A stretch of DNA of 64,000 bases from Paraspadella gotoi. Taxonomy: Eukaryota; Animalia; Chaetognatha. How positions within the stretch are numbered: the stretch's first letter is position 1; each line of letters opens with the position of its first letter. Made by a program: the position numbers and the translations under genes. The notes beneath the pieces were generated by a model. It was not told the origin of the DNA, did no database searches, and saw only the letters and a list, made by a program, of their open reading frames with translations. Location: NCBI GenBank assembly GCA_051294375.1, contig CM119269.1, positions 8,753,619 through 8,817,618 on the forward strand. The letters run 5' to 3'. Shown piece after piece: positions 47,901-60,800 of the stretch.

Positions 47901-50900
47901 TTCCCAAAATATAAACGCGCTCACGTCAAGGCGATTAGGAGAAATCCATTTAATTATTTTAAGCTCAAAACACAATAATACCAAACCTAATTTTTTTTGT
48001 GTTTATATCCGTAGTATCAAAATTTTAAAATTCGTCTTCGTCATTGACAGTTGCTTAAGCTTAATTATTTAACTCAGTATTATTTGGATTTTCCTTCTTC
48101 ACACTATCAAGCTCCGACCTGTAAAGTTAATCTTCTTCTCGCCAGCTTTTTCAAAAAAAAAAAAAAGTTACCCGAGTCGGCCAAATAATATTATTCACGA
48201 TCCATCATACTACAACGCGATGTAACCCCGCTCGTTTTGATTAACGCTTTTTAATCAATGTTTTTCTCCTCCATACAAAATGATGTCACCTTTATCCCCG
48301 GAACCGGAGAACAGAGTTCCGTAAGGAGAAGTGGGGGAAGAGAGGCCTTGCACCATGTGAAGGGGGGGATAGAACCCGGATGTTGGGGGCATGGGGGGCG
48401 AGTGAAGACCCCCGTTCGAAACGGGGTCCCCTTTTTTTTTATTATTTCGACGTGGGGGGGGGGGAAGTAATGGGGGAGGAGGAAATTAAAGATTGTTGGA
48501 GGAGGAAGAGAAGAGGAAAGGAAATTTATTGGGTTGGCGGTGAGGATGAAAAAAAGGAAAGGAAAAGAAATGAAAATAGAGGAAGAGAATAGAAAGAGTG
48601 AATAGAGAGAGAGAGAGAAAAAAAAAGGAAGATTAAAGCTGTGAATATGATTCGCGCGATTCACAAAACAAAAAAAGGTCGGCGCTGGAAACGCGACATG
48701 GCCCGATCATAATCGTTCACACGGCGCCGCAGAGGTGCCATGTGAACCGAGTAAACGAGCCGCGACGATCACGCGATAGCGCCGTGATGGTCACGTGCAG
48801 TCGCCGTGATGATCTCTCGCCGGCGCCGTTAGGGTCCCTTGACGGCGCCGTGACGATCATGCGATGGCGCCGTGATGGTCACGAGTCGGCGTCATTATGG
48901 TCACGTGCCGGCGCCACTACATTTCCTTCTAATCGTCGGCTTACTTGGTTGTTCCAAAGGCATCGTCATGATCCAGTAATCCTTCGATTTGGCTTTCTTT
49001 CCTCCCGGCGCCGGCTTGGGCGATGGCTTGGCACCGCCGTTTCGCGCCGGTGACGCCGGCAGTGGCGCCTTTTGCTGAGCGGCGTCGTCTACGGCGTAAG
49101 CGGAGCCGTTGTTGGTCGGAGCGGCGCCGTCGACCACTCCCTCACCCGGGCCGCCTTTTCGGATGCGATCCTGCGCCGCCGCCGATCGCGAATATGAGGG
49201 CGCGCCCGTCGACGCCGCATTTCCGGCGCCAGAGGGAATCAGGGTCGCATTTTCTGTTTTGGTTTTGTTTTTTTGTTTGTTTTGAGGAGAGAGAGAGAGA
49301 AGATCTCGAGAGCCCGGAGTGTCCTCAGTACTAGCTAGGAGTAGATGAGAGACGAGAGATGAGCTCAGGGAGACGATGGAGAAAGCGGAGGGGATGAGAG
49401 GGGAGAAGGAGAGAGAGAAGAGAGACGAGAGATGAGAGACGAGAGCAGAGGAAAACTATTTAAAATTCGCTCCAAAAAAATTGTGCCGAAAAATAAAAGG
49501 GGGAAAAACAATTGCGCACGGTATTGGGAGCAGAAAAAATTATTTGCTTAATTGTTTATCTGTGTATCTAAACAATATTTTAATCATAAATTTTAAATAT
49601 CATATCTCATGTTAATTGCGACCCGGTTAGAAATAAGTTTTTATATTTTAACGACCTAAGATCATTTAAGCGCGACGGGATTAACAACAAACTTTCAAGG
49701 CGGCCATCATTTTTTCGAAATTGACTCGACTCCCAATTCCGCGGCTTTTGTGACTCGTTTTATCCGCTGCTACTCACCGGCGGGACCCCTTCACAGTTCA
49801 CATCGTCCGGCGAAGAAGGCAAAAAGGGAAAAATGAACAAAACGGGGATGTGAATCAGGGTCAAAAATTTCTCGTGTTCATTTATAACAAAAATTTTTTT
49901 TTAATCTCTGGTGCGAATCTTTAAAAAAAAAAATTGGTGGGAAAAGAAAATCAGAAAGAAAGGTGTTGTTTTGGATGACCTCAGTGGCTGTCTGAATCTT
50001 TTTTATAACATATTTTATCAATAAGTTTAAAAATTAATCAGATTTCGAATTTATAGTTTTTCTTAATCAAAAATTCTCTAAAACATATTGTTAAAATTAG
50101 GAAAAGTTTAATTTCAAATAGAAATCGATTATTTGAAATAAATTTCTAAAAAAAAAAATTTATCCAGTAAGACCAGCCACACGTAATCATCCAAATATTT
50201 GCCAAACGAAAGCGGTTAAGCCAAAAGAAATTAAATACGAGTGGGAGAGAATTAAGTAAAAAAGCCAAATGTGCGGATTTTATTCGAGCAAGCAAAAAAA
50301 AACAAACAAAAAACAAGCTAAAACAGAAAATGACCCCTTCCCTTCTGATCGTTGGAGCCGTTCTAAGGTGACCCCTGCCAGATTGAGACACCTGCCCGGG
50401 TAACCCAGGCCACGATAAACGTATTTAGGTGACCCCTGACCCGATGACCTTTCGTGACCTCACGAGGTCAATAATTTTATTTCCCAAAAAATAAACGCGT
50501 CCGTCAAGGCGATTAGGAGAAATCCATTTAATTATTTTAAGCTCAAAACACAATAAATACCAAACCTAATTTTTTTTGGTTTATATCCGTAGTATAAATT
50601 TTAAAATTCGTCTTCGTTCATGACAGTTGCTTAAGTTAATTATTTAACTCAGTATTAATTTGGATTTTCCCTTCTTCACACTATCAAGCTCCGACCCTGT
50701 AAAGTTAATCTTCTTCTCGCCAAGCTTTTTCTTGTATTCAGTCAGGGAACCAAGCTTGAATAATTAGGCGAATTTTCCACTGTAACGAAAGAGAGAGAAG
50801 TTGATCCTTTGCAAATGAGCGACGGCGGTCCAATAAAAATAGGAAATAGGATTTTCTATCAATAACTGATTGGTAAATTCGCGCTTCGTCGGGTCGATTA

Positions 50901-51519
50901 TTCACGGCGATCGTAACGTCCGGATCTCGGTTAGTGGTGTTACGCGAGTGCGAACGAAAAACGGAAAAAATTAAGGGAAAATGTAGTGCGTAAGAAGAAA
51001 AGTGTTAAGAATCTGTCTCGCGATTTTGGAAAAAAAAATCGCGTTGGAAACTTGGGTGAACAACAAAAAGTGAACAGGGTGTCAAAAAAATATTAATAAA
51101 AAAAAAAAAGAAAAACTACTAAAATTGAAGTTGGGCGGGAAAAAAAAATCTTAGGACACTATATTTTAATAGCCGTCATTTTTAAACAAATAATAATAAA
51201 AAAAGAGATTTTGTACTGAATGCATTAAACATACTTATAATAAAAAAAAGGATTTTTTACTCAATGCATTAAACAATAAACATACTACGTACTTATTAAA
51301 GTAGTCTTAAGTTATATTTTGACAATTCTTTTTTTATAAATATTTTCAAATACTCTAAATCATGTAATCAACCGCGTTGAGATTAATCTGTAAATTATAA
51401 CGAAGTAAACTAAACTGCTGTCGGATTTTGTTTGTTTGTTTACCTTCTGACGACAACGCAAGTGATCATGAGGCAGGCGATCGCGAGAAGGAAGGCGACG
51501 ATAGAGGCGCTGATGATAA
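43134..51519 (-). CDS. Single-pass membrane protein with long disordered cytoplasmic tail (5' end not found; middle exons duplicated and frameshifted)
   Basis: TM exon 51519-51444 (IISASIVAFLLAIACLMITCVVVRR, CAG/GTAAAC). Internal exons e.g. about 49250-48944 (..KSKDYWIMTMPLEQP) and about 48430-48290 (GLHSPPMPPTSGFYPP..). Exon 44588-44490 and terminal exon 43939-43134 (Q/H/P-rich, ends YAAPHRIV*) join in phase. Confidence 0.6.
44080..44465. repeat. Degenerate 24-bp minisatellite (GCAGCAACAGG-rich), intronic
   Basis: About 15 decaying units; yields ORFs in several frames (AAPVAATx on minus, SSNRxSxR on plus). Confidence 0.75.
48762..48915. repeat. 22-bp minisatellite, 7 units (second copy about 46175-46345)
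   Basis: Consensus GTGATGGTCACGTGCCGGCGCC; starts just inside an intron after a GTAAGC donor of the minus-strand gene. Confidence 0.8.
50430..50470. promoter_or_regulatory. Cluster of five nuclear-receptor half-sites
   Basis: TGACCC-c-TGACCC-ga-TGACCT-ttcg-TGACCT-cacg-AGGTCA; function inferred only. Confidence 0.4.
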
Positions 51520-52368
51520 CTGCGGAGAAAAAAAAACAAAAGAACATGAAATGGAAAATAATAATTGAAAAAAATTACAAACATCTTTAAAACCAGTTTA
51601 ATATATTTTTTTTGTTTGAGAAGAAACAAACTCTCTCTCTCTCTCTCTCCCTCTCTCTCTCTCTCTTTCCCCATACGTGACGATTGACGATTGACCAGTG
51701 AATTTTTCCCATTTCTCTTTCTTAATTTAATTTAGCAAAAAAGTCGTCAAATTTACGAGTGCACCGCCCCCGTCTCCAACAACCGAAACGACAACAACGC
51801 TTTGTACTTTTACAGCGAAACCGGAACCTTAGATTCAATTTGCTTCGAAAAAGAAAAGACGCCTGACTTTTTTTTGCGACGATAAAATGTAAATTCAATT
51901 TTGAATCCGTGAAATATTAAGCTTTTTTTCTAATACAAAATAAAAGTAAAAGAAAAAATCTTGAAATCATAAAACGAAAACTTGAACTTGAAATTTGTCA
52001 CGCGACCAACTTTATGAGATTCTCCTCTGGATTTTTGTGAAGATAATTGTTGCGCAAAATACACGAAATGTGACCGATAACATTAAAATTTAACTTTAAA
52101 AACAAACCAAAAAAATGAAAAATATTGATCGATTTGAATTTAGTAATAAAACAGTTTGATCATAAAAATTGCCAATTGGTAAAAACAATCCAGTTTTCAA
52201 AAGCGTCTCGTCGACAGTTTACATTTTTGATTTAAAATAATAAAAAAAAAAAAATTGACAAAATTAAAAACAAAGAAAAAAGAATGTGTCATACTAAAAC
52301 TTTTGTTTTATTTCTAACTTCAAAAAAAACTTCCAAAAAACTATAAGAAGGAAAAAAAATAAAGAAAA

Positions 52369-52467
52369 ATGAAAAAAATAATCTTCAAGTCGTTTCCATG
52401 GCAACCAACGGCGTCTTCGTCGTCGTCACAAAAGTTTTTCTCAAAATCCGACAAAACTCGAAATTCT

Positions 52468-52505
<38 letters not shown>

Positions 52506-54407
52506 ATCAACGACTCTTTTGAAGCGAATGACGTGGGCTTTGGCCTTGACTCTAGTTGTCATGGGGACGACGACGACAACGACGACAACAACGCCAACTG
52601 AAAATGACTTTTCCGGCGTTGGGGTCAGCCCCGTCGGCAAAGTTGTCACAGAACTCGATGATGTCGGCTTTGACGCCGGAAATTCCAGCGACGCCGACGA
52701 AGTCTCGGCGCCGACAAACGGAGCCGACAAAGCGGCGTCTAATTCCGGCGCCCCGTCGTTGCAAATCGCTAAAGACTCGTCGGCTTCTCAGGTCGAAGAT
52801 TCTTCGCTAAAACCGAAAAATTTGTCGGCAAAATCTAATCCCTTTTCTTCGACGGACGTCAGTTTGTCGGACAATTCAAATCCTTCGAACGAGCCCAAAA
52901 TATTGGCCTCGGATAAGGTTAATCAGCCCAACCTTCCCTCACCGGATTGGGCCAACGAGCCCAAAATCTCGGCGCCAAAATCTAATTCGGTTCAACGCGA
53001 ATTTCGGTCAAAAAGAAATGGAGAGACGTCACGTGACCGTAGGGACGAGGAAAAGGACGCTGCGGCGGCGGATGCTGCTGCGGCGGCGGTGGTGGCTGCA
53101 GCGGCGCGGTCGTCAAGCGATTCGGGTAAGGGAAAAAGGGAAAGGAGGAAATGGAGATATGAAGATGGGAGGAAATTAATGTGGGAAGGAAGATTAGAAG
53201 AAAAATATTAAAAGTAAATGAAGGTTATTAAAAAAAAAGAGTAAAAAATCAGAGATAAGGAAGGAAAGATAAAAAGGAAAAAGAGAAAAGTTGAAAAGGG
53301 GAAAAAACGGAGAGAGAAAAAAAGGAAGGACGTAAAAATAAGAACATAAAAAGGGGTAAAAAAAATGAGAGAGCTGGTAAAAGAAAAGGAAAAAGGAAAA
53401 GAAAAGGAAAAAAGAATAGGAAAAGGAAAAAAGAAAAGAAATAAAAAAACAGGAAATGAAGTAAGAGAAAAAAGGGAAAGGAAAAAAAAAGAGAGAGAAA
53501 TAGAATAGAAAAAACAAAGAGAAAAGGAGAAAAAAAAGAAAAGAAAGAAAAAAAGGAGAAAATAAAAAAGGAAAGAAAAAAAGGAGAAAATAAAAAAAGA
53601 AAGAAATAAAAAAAGAAAAGAAAAAAAAGAAAGAAAAAAAGGAAAGGGGCGGCGTGAATTTGGGTCATAAAAGCGAAAGGCGCCGCTCGATCTTTCGCTC
53701 AATTACCCCCGACGCGAGTCGTAGTCTGACGTCTAGTCGGTGTCGCCGGTTTTATGAGCCGCGGCGTCGTCAGTGGCGGAGTCAGCGGCGTCGTAACCAC
53801 CGAATATTTGAGGCGTCATTTTTGTGAATTTTATGTGAGACCCGGTGACTGTGATGAATTGAGCTTCGAACGAATGTGAAAGTCTGACGTCTCCATTTCG
53901 TGTTTCGTCGTAACTGAAGATGGAAACTGATTCGCCCGAATGTTGTTTCGTCTCCAGCTTGTATTGCTTGCTTAAACTTCGTTTCGTCGCGGCAAGCTCC
54001 GTATTTGGTTTCACTTCCCTCTCCCCCTAATTGGACAATGAACATGGCGATATATATATTCTGAGGTAGACTCTCGTACTTCTTTTGCCTTTCAAGACAT
54101 TTCTGCTCAAAAATCTGAAAACCTCAAGAACATGATTCTCTCAGTCATGATAAAATTCATAAAACAAACATTGTTTGTCGTAATTAAATAACAAACACGA
54201 AAGTAAAGATATAAACTAACGATCGATAAACGATCAAACGAAATTAGAAGAACGTTGTTGCTCCACAATTACCATGAATCGCTCCAAATTGTCATGATCA
54301 ACCATTGGACCGAAAAGAATTCCAGGAAACGGCAGAACCCAGAGTCGCCATTGCTCCTTTTACGAAACAGAAACCATCTGGTATCACCATTTTTCTCCAT
54401 TAATTAA

Positions 54408-54473
<66 letters not shown>

Positions 54474-55629
54474 TCTCTCTCTTCTCTCTCTCCCTCTCTC
54501 TCTATTTCTCTTTCTCTCCCCACAGCTTCCGTCACCTCGGACTGGTACGACGCCGGTCCTTGCGACGCCGCCTGCCTCCCAGGCGAAACCTGCTACGACG
54601 CTGTCGAGATCTGGCGTTCTCTCGACGAGAGAAGATCGACGCCGCTCAACCGGCGCACTGGATCAAAGACGGCGTCTTTCTTAGAGAGAGGAGGCAGCGG
54701 TGGCGGAGGCGGCAGAAGCATTAGATCCGGCACACGCAATCCAGCGTCGCCGACGCCGCCGTCACGAGGCCGAGCCTTCTGCAAATGCATGGTTGGCAAC
54801 TGCAACGCCGAGGGTGCTAAACCGGCGCTGTTTTGGTTGGAGGAGCCGTTCGTCCTTTTTGGCGCCGAGGAGAGAGTAGGGGTCAGAACGGGTCAGGCTA
54901 GGTCGGGTCTAGCCGGATCGGATCAGCCTGGATTGGGTCGGGCTCAATCGAGTAGCCCCAGATCAATTAGAGCAAGATCGAGAAATGTCCAACTCAACCG
55001 TGTAAATACGAATGAAGCTGGCAGCGATGATGATATGAACGATATTTTGGGTCAGGTGCAGAAAGTGATCATTTCGGGTGAGATTGACCAGGGTCAGGTT
55101 CAATATGGTCAAGCCCAATCACAGTTCGACGCAGAAGTAGAGACAGACGGATCCATCGCTCTGAACTACAACGGCAACAACAACGACGACGCTGAGGCCG
55201 TCAACAAATCACCCGAAGCGGCACAGTCCATCGTCAAAAGGGCGCTGACTCCAGAGAGCCTTCCTCCACAGCGGCCCTTCTCCGACATACTGCCCCCGAA
55301 GAGGCTGCCCCCTCGAGGCCTCTTAGCCGGGAGGCAGCCCCCGCAAAGACTGTCGCCAGAACGGCTGCCACCAGAGAGACAGGAACTCTCCAGAATCTTG
55401 TTCGACCAATCAGCGGATTCGACGGGAAATTTGGACCAATCAACTTTGAGAATCGGAGGATTCTTTCGGACGAGGAAGAGGAGAGGACTCGTCTTGTCGC
55501 TGTCGAACGGAGCAGTGACGGACTGTCATTTATTCAGGTGAGGACAGTGAGAACTGCCGCTGACTCTTATTCAGGGGAAGTCAGTTATGTAATCCGATAT
55601 AAGCAGATACACAACGTGTTCCTTTCATC

Positions 55630-55681
<52 letters not shown>

Positions 55682-56643
55682 TACTTCAGCAACCCCTTCT
55701 GTTCCTCAATGTCCTACATGGAGAATCTCGACGATCGATTCCGGACGCAAAATCAAACTTCATTCGTCGAATTCTACGTAAAGTACGCCGACACAGCCGA
55801 TGCAGCCGCCGACGCAGCCGCCGACGCAGCCGACCCAGCCCCGAACCTGACGGTGGGCGTGGCCTCAGTCGATCGACGCGACGAGCAGACGTTTACCGGC
55901 GACGCCACCTTTTCCTTCTCCGACGGAAAATGGAAATATTTCGAACTCACCCTTCGGAAATTCCATTACACGAGGACGGAGACTTACCTTCTCTCTCGCG
56001 TCTGGGTCGTGCCTTACTCTGGGTCGGGAGACCGATCGGCGCCGGCGCCTGGGCGCGCCGATCGATTGACGCCGGCTTTTAACGTCCAGGCGGCGCTTTT
56101 GGCGCCGAAACCTTTCAACGTGACCGCGTGGGGATTCAAGTCGCCGGAAATTGACGTCATGGGGTTAGTGTTGGGGTGAAAGGTTGTGTGAAAGGTGAAA
56201 GTGAAAGGTGAAAGGTGAAAGGTTAGTGTCGGGGTGAAAGGTTGTGTAAATCGTTGTGATGGTTGATGTAGTGAAAAAAAGGTTTTGTCTGAAGAGAGGA
56301 TGTATATGAGTTGGCACAGTAATCTTTGACGTCTCTGAGGCGATTCGAGAAAAGAGGCACTCGAGGTAGAGAAAACTTATTGCGCAGTCTTTTTTTTTTC
56401 AGAAACTTTTTCCCCCCCGATATTGATATTTAGCTATTGTTATTTCTACTACCCTTCTTTCTTTCTTTTCTTCCTTCATTCTTTCTTTCTTCATTTCTTT
56501 TTCTTCTCTTTCTTTTTCCACTTTTACCCAATCCATTTTTTTTTCATCCTTCACTCTCTCTCCATCTTTCTTCGTCTCTCCTCGTTTCCTTTCTTTTTCC
56601 AATATTCTCTCTCACGATTCCTTTATTCTTGAGACGAAACTCG

Positions 56644-56712
<69 letters not shown>

Positions 56713-57360
56713 TTCATTTTTTCCGAGTTCGAAAAGTCGCACCTGTGACTGAGTAGAAAAGAGGCGATATTTTTCTCTTCGTTGTCGTCGTTTTCATCGT
56801 CGTTTTCGTCGTCACATAGTACATTAGAATTTTTAGTATTTTAGTTTCTTCAATTTCTAATCTTATCTTTCATTGATTATCATTGTTTCAGTTTGTAAAT
56901 TAGTAATGTTTGCTGTTTGTCTTGAAGTTTAAATTTTTCGACTTCATTGTTTTGGTTATTGTTTTGTTTTAATTTCGACATTAGCACTAAATTGTCGCAT
57001 GCTTCTATCAAAAATTTCTCCGCGCAATTAAATCCTTGCCAAAGGTCAGAGGTCATTTCATCCCCTCATTTAAGAATCCCAGTTCCTGTGATGACCTCGT
57101 CAGACCCGCGTGTCGCGTCGCTTCTAGAAAAAACGAGCGCTCGAAGACTCACAAAAACGGGGGCTCGTAAAAATGATTCACTGAGTTTTTCACTTTTCAC
57201 CGTCCCTCGTTTACTGAGGGTTGGTTAATGGTTAATGGTTAGTCTCTACCACCATGCCTGCTCTTTAAATTCACAAATAAGAGCTTTTTTCGTTCGTTGT
57301 CTTTTACTAAGAAATTCTAGCATAGTAGGCAGCGATGTTATCATTATTATTATTACTATC

Positions 57361-57397
<37 letters not shown>

Positions 57398-57418
57398 GAA
57401 TTTTAATTTTTATTACTC

Positions 57419-57513
<95 letters not shown>

Positions 57514-57831
57514 TCTACTGCTTGTGGATGATAGTAAGGTCAAGCTATGAAGTCATACCAAAAGAACAACAACGACAACAACAACAACAACGCCCTCTCT
57601 CAAACCTCCCAGGTCCCTCGTCTCCACCAACCCCCTCGCCGACACCGACGCCTCCAATTGGTTCGACGGCGCCGTCTCCAACTTCCGGTCGACGATTTCG
57701 GCGCTGGAGACGACGACGCCGCCCACGCAGCAGCTGCGGCGCTGGATGCAGCGCCGCGGCAACGCAGCTTTCTGTGACTTTCGGGCGGCGCCGGTCGAGG
57801 ACGACATCTGCGCAGCGAACCGGCGTCGTGA

Positions 57832-57869
<38 letters not shown>

Positions 57870-60800
57870 CGACGACGACGAAGGGTAAGTTTGATAAGTT
57901 TTCATGAAATGTAAAAATTATTCACTCATTTAATAATAAGCTGTCTTGCTCCTGACTTAGGGCGGGCTACTTATGTTGGGTTTAGTCCTCCATCCCGCTT
58001 AAAAGATATATATACGAATGAATATAATAAGAGTTTGATACTACTACTATATTACTAGGAAATATAATCGACTTAGTTCGTTAAAATCTGACCGACTTCT
58101 TAAGTCTCCGTCTATTTTACTACAAAATTTTGGAAGGGAAAACGATTCAAATATTTGATTTAAACTATTATTAAACTTTATGACCAATAAACGTCAAAAT
58201 CATTTTCATAAAAAGTAAAAACGAGAAAGGAAATCGGGAAATCGAAATCGATGCAAATCGGATTTTAACAACAACAACAACAACAACTTTATTTTTGGCA
58301 ACGGATTAATTACGTAGAAAGGACTTTACAAGACTCGAGGTACAAGACTCGATTTTTAATTTTGACATTTAAACATCATCGCAGGAGTATCAAGCCACCA
58401 AAATCGAATCGGATCAAGCGAAATGGAATCGCCGAATCCTGATTGGTCAAGCACGAACGGAATCGACCAATCAGCTTGCAGAATCATTGAATTGTAAATT
58501 TTACCCACGTTGCCGATCCTTAAATGACATAATGAATGCAACTATAAAAAATATTTATAATAACAAGTGAGATGTGTCGGATAACCCATTAACCATTAAT
58601 TCGATGTGATCAATTTAATGAAATTGGTACAACCAATATAAAAATTTTCCATTCATTTAATAATAGAGAAAAAGTAATATGGAAATGAATAAATAAATAT
58701 AAATAAATAAATATGGAAATGAATAAATACCACGAGTTTCAGTGTTTGGTTTATGTGTTGACGGTTGTTGAGTTGAATTGAGTTGAATTGAGTTGAATTG
58801 AGTTGAATTGAGTTGAGTTGAATTTAGTGGCAAGGAGCGAAAAAGATAAAACGCTACAATATTGGTGGAAGCGAAAAAGAAAAATCACTGCCGATATCTT
58901 TTCGACTCACAGTGAAACCGTAAATGACAAGGTTACTAAAGGGATTGGCCCACAGTGAGTTTTGAAAGGACTTCCCTGTCAGCGACGAGGCCAACTCGGT
59001 ACTAAACTTTGCTTTAAAAAAAAAAGAAAGAAAGAAAAGCCTATTCGCGGTTTTCCTCTCTTTTCAGTTTTTTTCCCCTATGCAGAAACGAGAAAAGAAA
59101 GCGCTTATCGCTCAAGTTAAAATTTACGAGTTTTTAAAAAAACGCAAAAAAAAAAAAAAAAGAAATAATTTATTCTCTGGTTCTTTACAGCGTCTTCCTC
59201 GCCCACCTTTGCGCCAACGACGACGACGACGACGACGACGACGACGTTATCGTCTTCGTCGTCGTCGCCTTTTCATTCAAGCGGGTAAGATTTACGATTC
59301 GCTACTCTACCTCGTAGTTTAGAGCGAACGACGTTGATTGAGAACGAGGTGAGTTTGCCTGAATGTAGTGGCGAAACCGAATGGAATCTCCTGCTTAGTA
59401 CTTGAATCGATTATACGATGTTTTATTTATTTTGTCAGTTATTAAATTATTCTTTTGTTATTTAATTGACGCGAAAAAAACAAGGCTGGACATTGAACAA
59501 AGAGGATTTTATTTATTTTTTTTTCATTGTTAATTCCAGATGTTAATTGAATTGTTATACATGAAGACGAGCTCTTCTCTACTACGTCACGAAACTTCCC
59601 GCTTTTAATTTACTTCAGCTAATTCAATTTCTATTTGAATGCCTTTTTTTTAAAAACAATTTCATAAATTGCCTGTCTTTGTCAATTTAATAATACTAAT
59701 TTTAATTTTTACCTATCTGATTATCAATTTTTTTTTCAGTATTATTCCTTTTCTTTCTACTCTATCCCCCTTTTTTCCTTACTTCTTCCCGCCCCCTCTT
59801 ATCTCATATTTCCTCCTATTATTTTTTTCCCCTTTCTCATCATTAATCATCATTTTTTTTACTTCTTCGATTAAACGCGCGAACCTGCGTCGAGGCTTCA
59901 CGTGCCTCTTCAACGCGCGAACCGGTTCCTCTCATTTAGTAAACCGTTTAAATTTTTATTTTCGGCTCAGCGGGGAAGCCGGGTCGACGACTTGTCGATC
60001 GAAAGCCTGCGATTTGTCGTCATGGAAACGGAAAAACAAGAAAACGTCGACGACTATTGATGACGAAAACAACAACAAAGAAGAGGACGACGACGACGAC
60101 AACGACGTCGACGACGATGAGGACGACGAAGAGACGTTGACAACATTTCAATTCGGCGGCGGAAGAGACGGCGTGAAATTGAAATTCTGTGAATCGCAGG
60201 TTAAAGAAAATAAAAGTGAAAGAGAAATAGAAAGTGAAGGGGACGTGATAAGTGAAAGAATAGGGTGATGGAATGAAAATAAAACTTTTTCAAATTAAAA
60301 TTCTCGTGATCGACGCGCGTGAGAGACGAGTGCGTGAACCGTGAAGGCCCGTGAATTGAAAGGGCGGGCAAGGCGGTGCGTTCATGCGAGTGAAAAAAGA
60401 GAAAGAAGGATTAGATTCAAACGAGAGCTGAGAATTTATTCGGTCTTTGCAGACCAGAAGAAAAAAAATTGAAACATAGTAGAAATAATAATAAAATAAG
60501 AAAAGAGAAAGAATATAAGTGAAAGTACGGAAATGAAAGATGGAAGGTGAAAGAATCAAGTGACTGATTAAAGTGAAAGTTTTTTCTTTTTATTAATTAG
60601 AAAAAAAGAAAGAGAAAAATAATTAGTTTCTCGCGAGATTAAAATAAAAAAGGAAGGAAATGAATTGACTTTTTTCTTCAATCTCCACGTAATTGAAAGA
60701 AAAAAAGGAGAAAATGAAAATAGGAAAAAAAAGGAGAGAAACAAAGTAACTTCTTTCAATGTTGTATTTCCTAGAATTTCTTTGTTGCAGCGAAACGGCT

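Larger units (their letters stand above)
45563..50731. repeat. 2.6-kb tandem duplication (45563-48152, 48153-50731) adjacent to a 25-N gap (45538-45562)
   Basis: Both copies begin poly-A GTTACCCGAGTCGGCC and end GCC(A)AGCTTTTTC; the differences are mostly 1-nt indels. Confidence 0.95.

Noticed and set aside
53194-53702. Long F/L/S-rich or E/R/K-rich ORFs (also 3276-3668, 23894-24382, 31726-31956, 56399-56748, 57235-57531, 62894-63506)
   Set aside because: Translations of GA/CT/ATT microsatellites and purine tracts within introns or intergenic DNA.
53733-54045. Minus-strand ORFs as the missing ectodomain of the membrane protein
   Set aside because: No signal peptide or consistent splice path; the block reads at least as well as a plus-strand exon (VGVAGFMSRG..HFCEFYVRPGDC) of the laminin-G gene.
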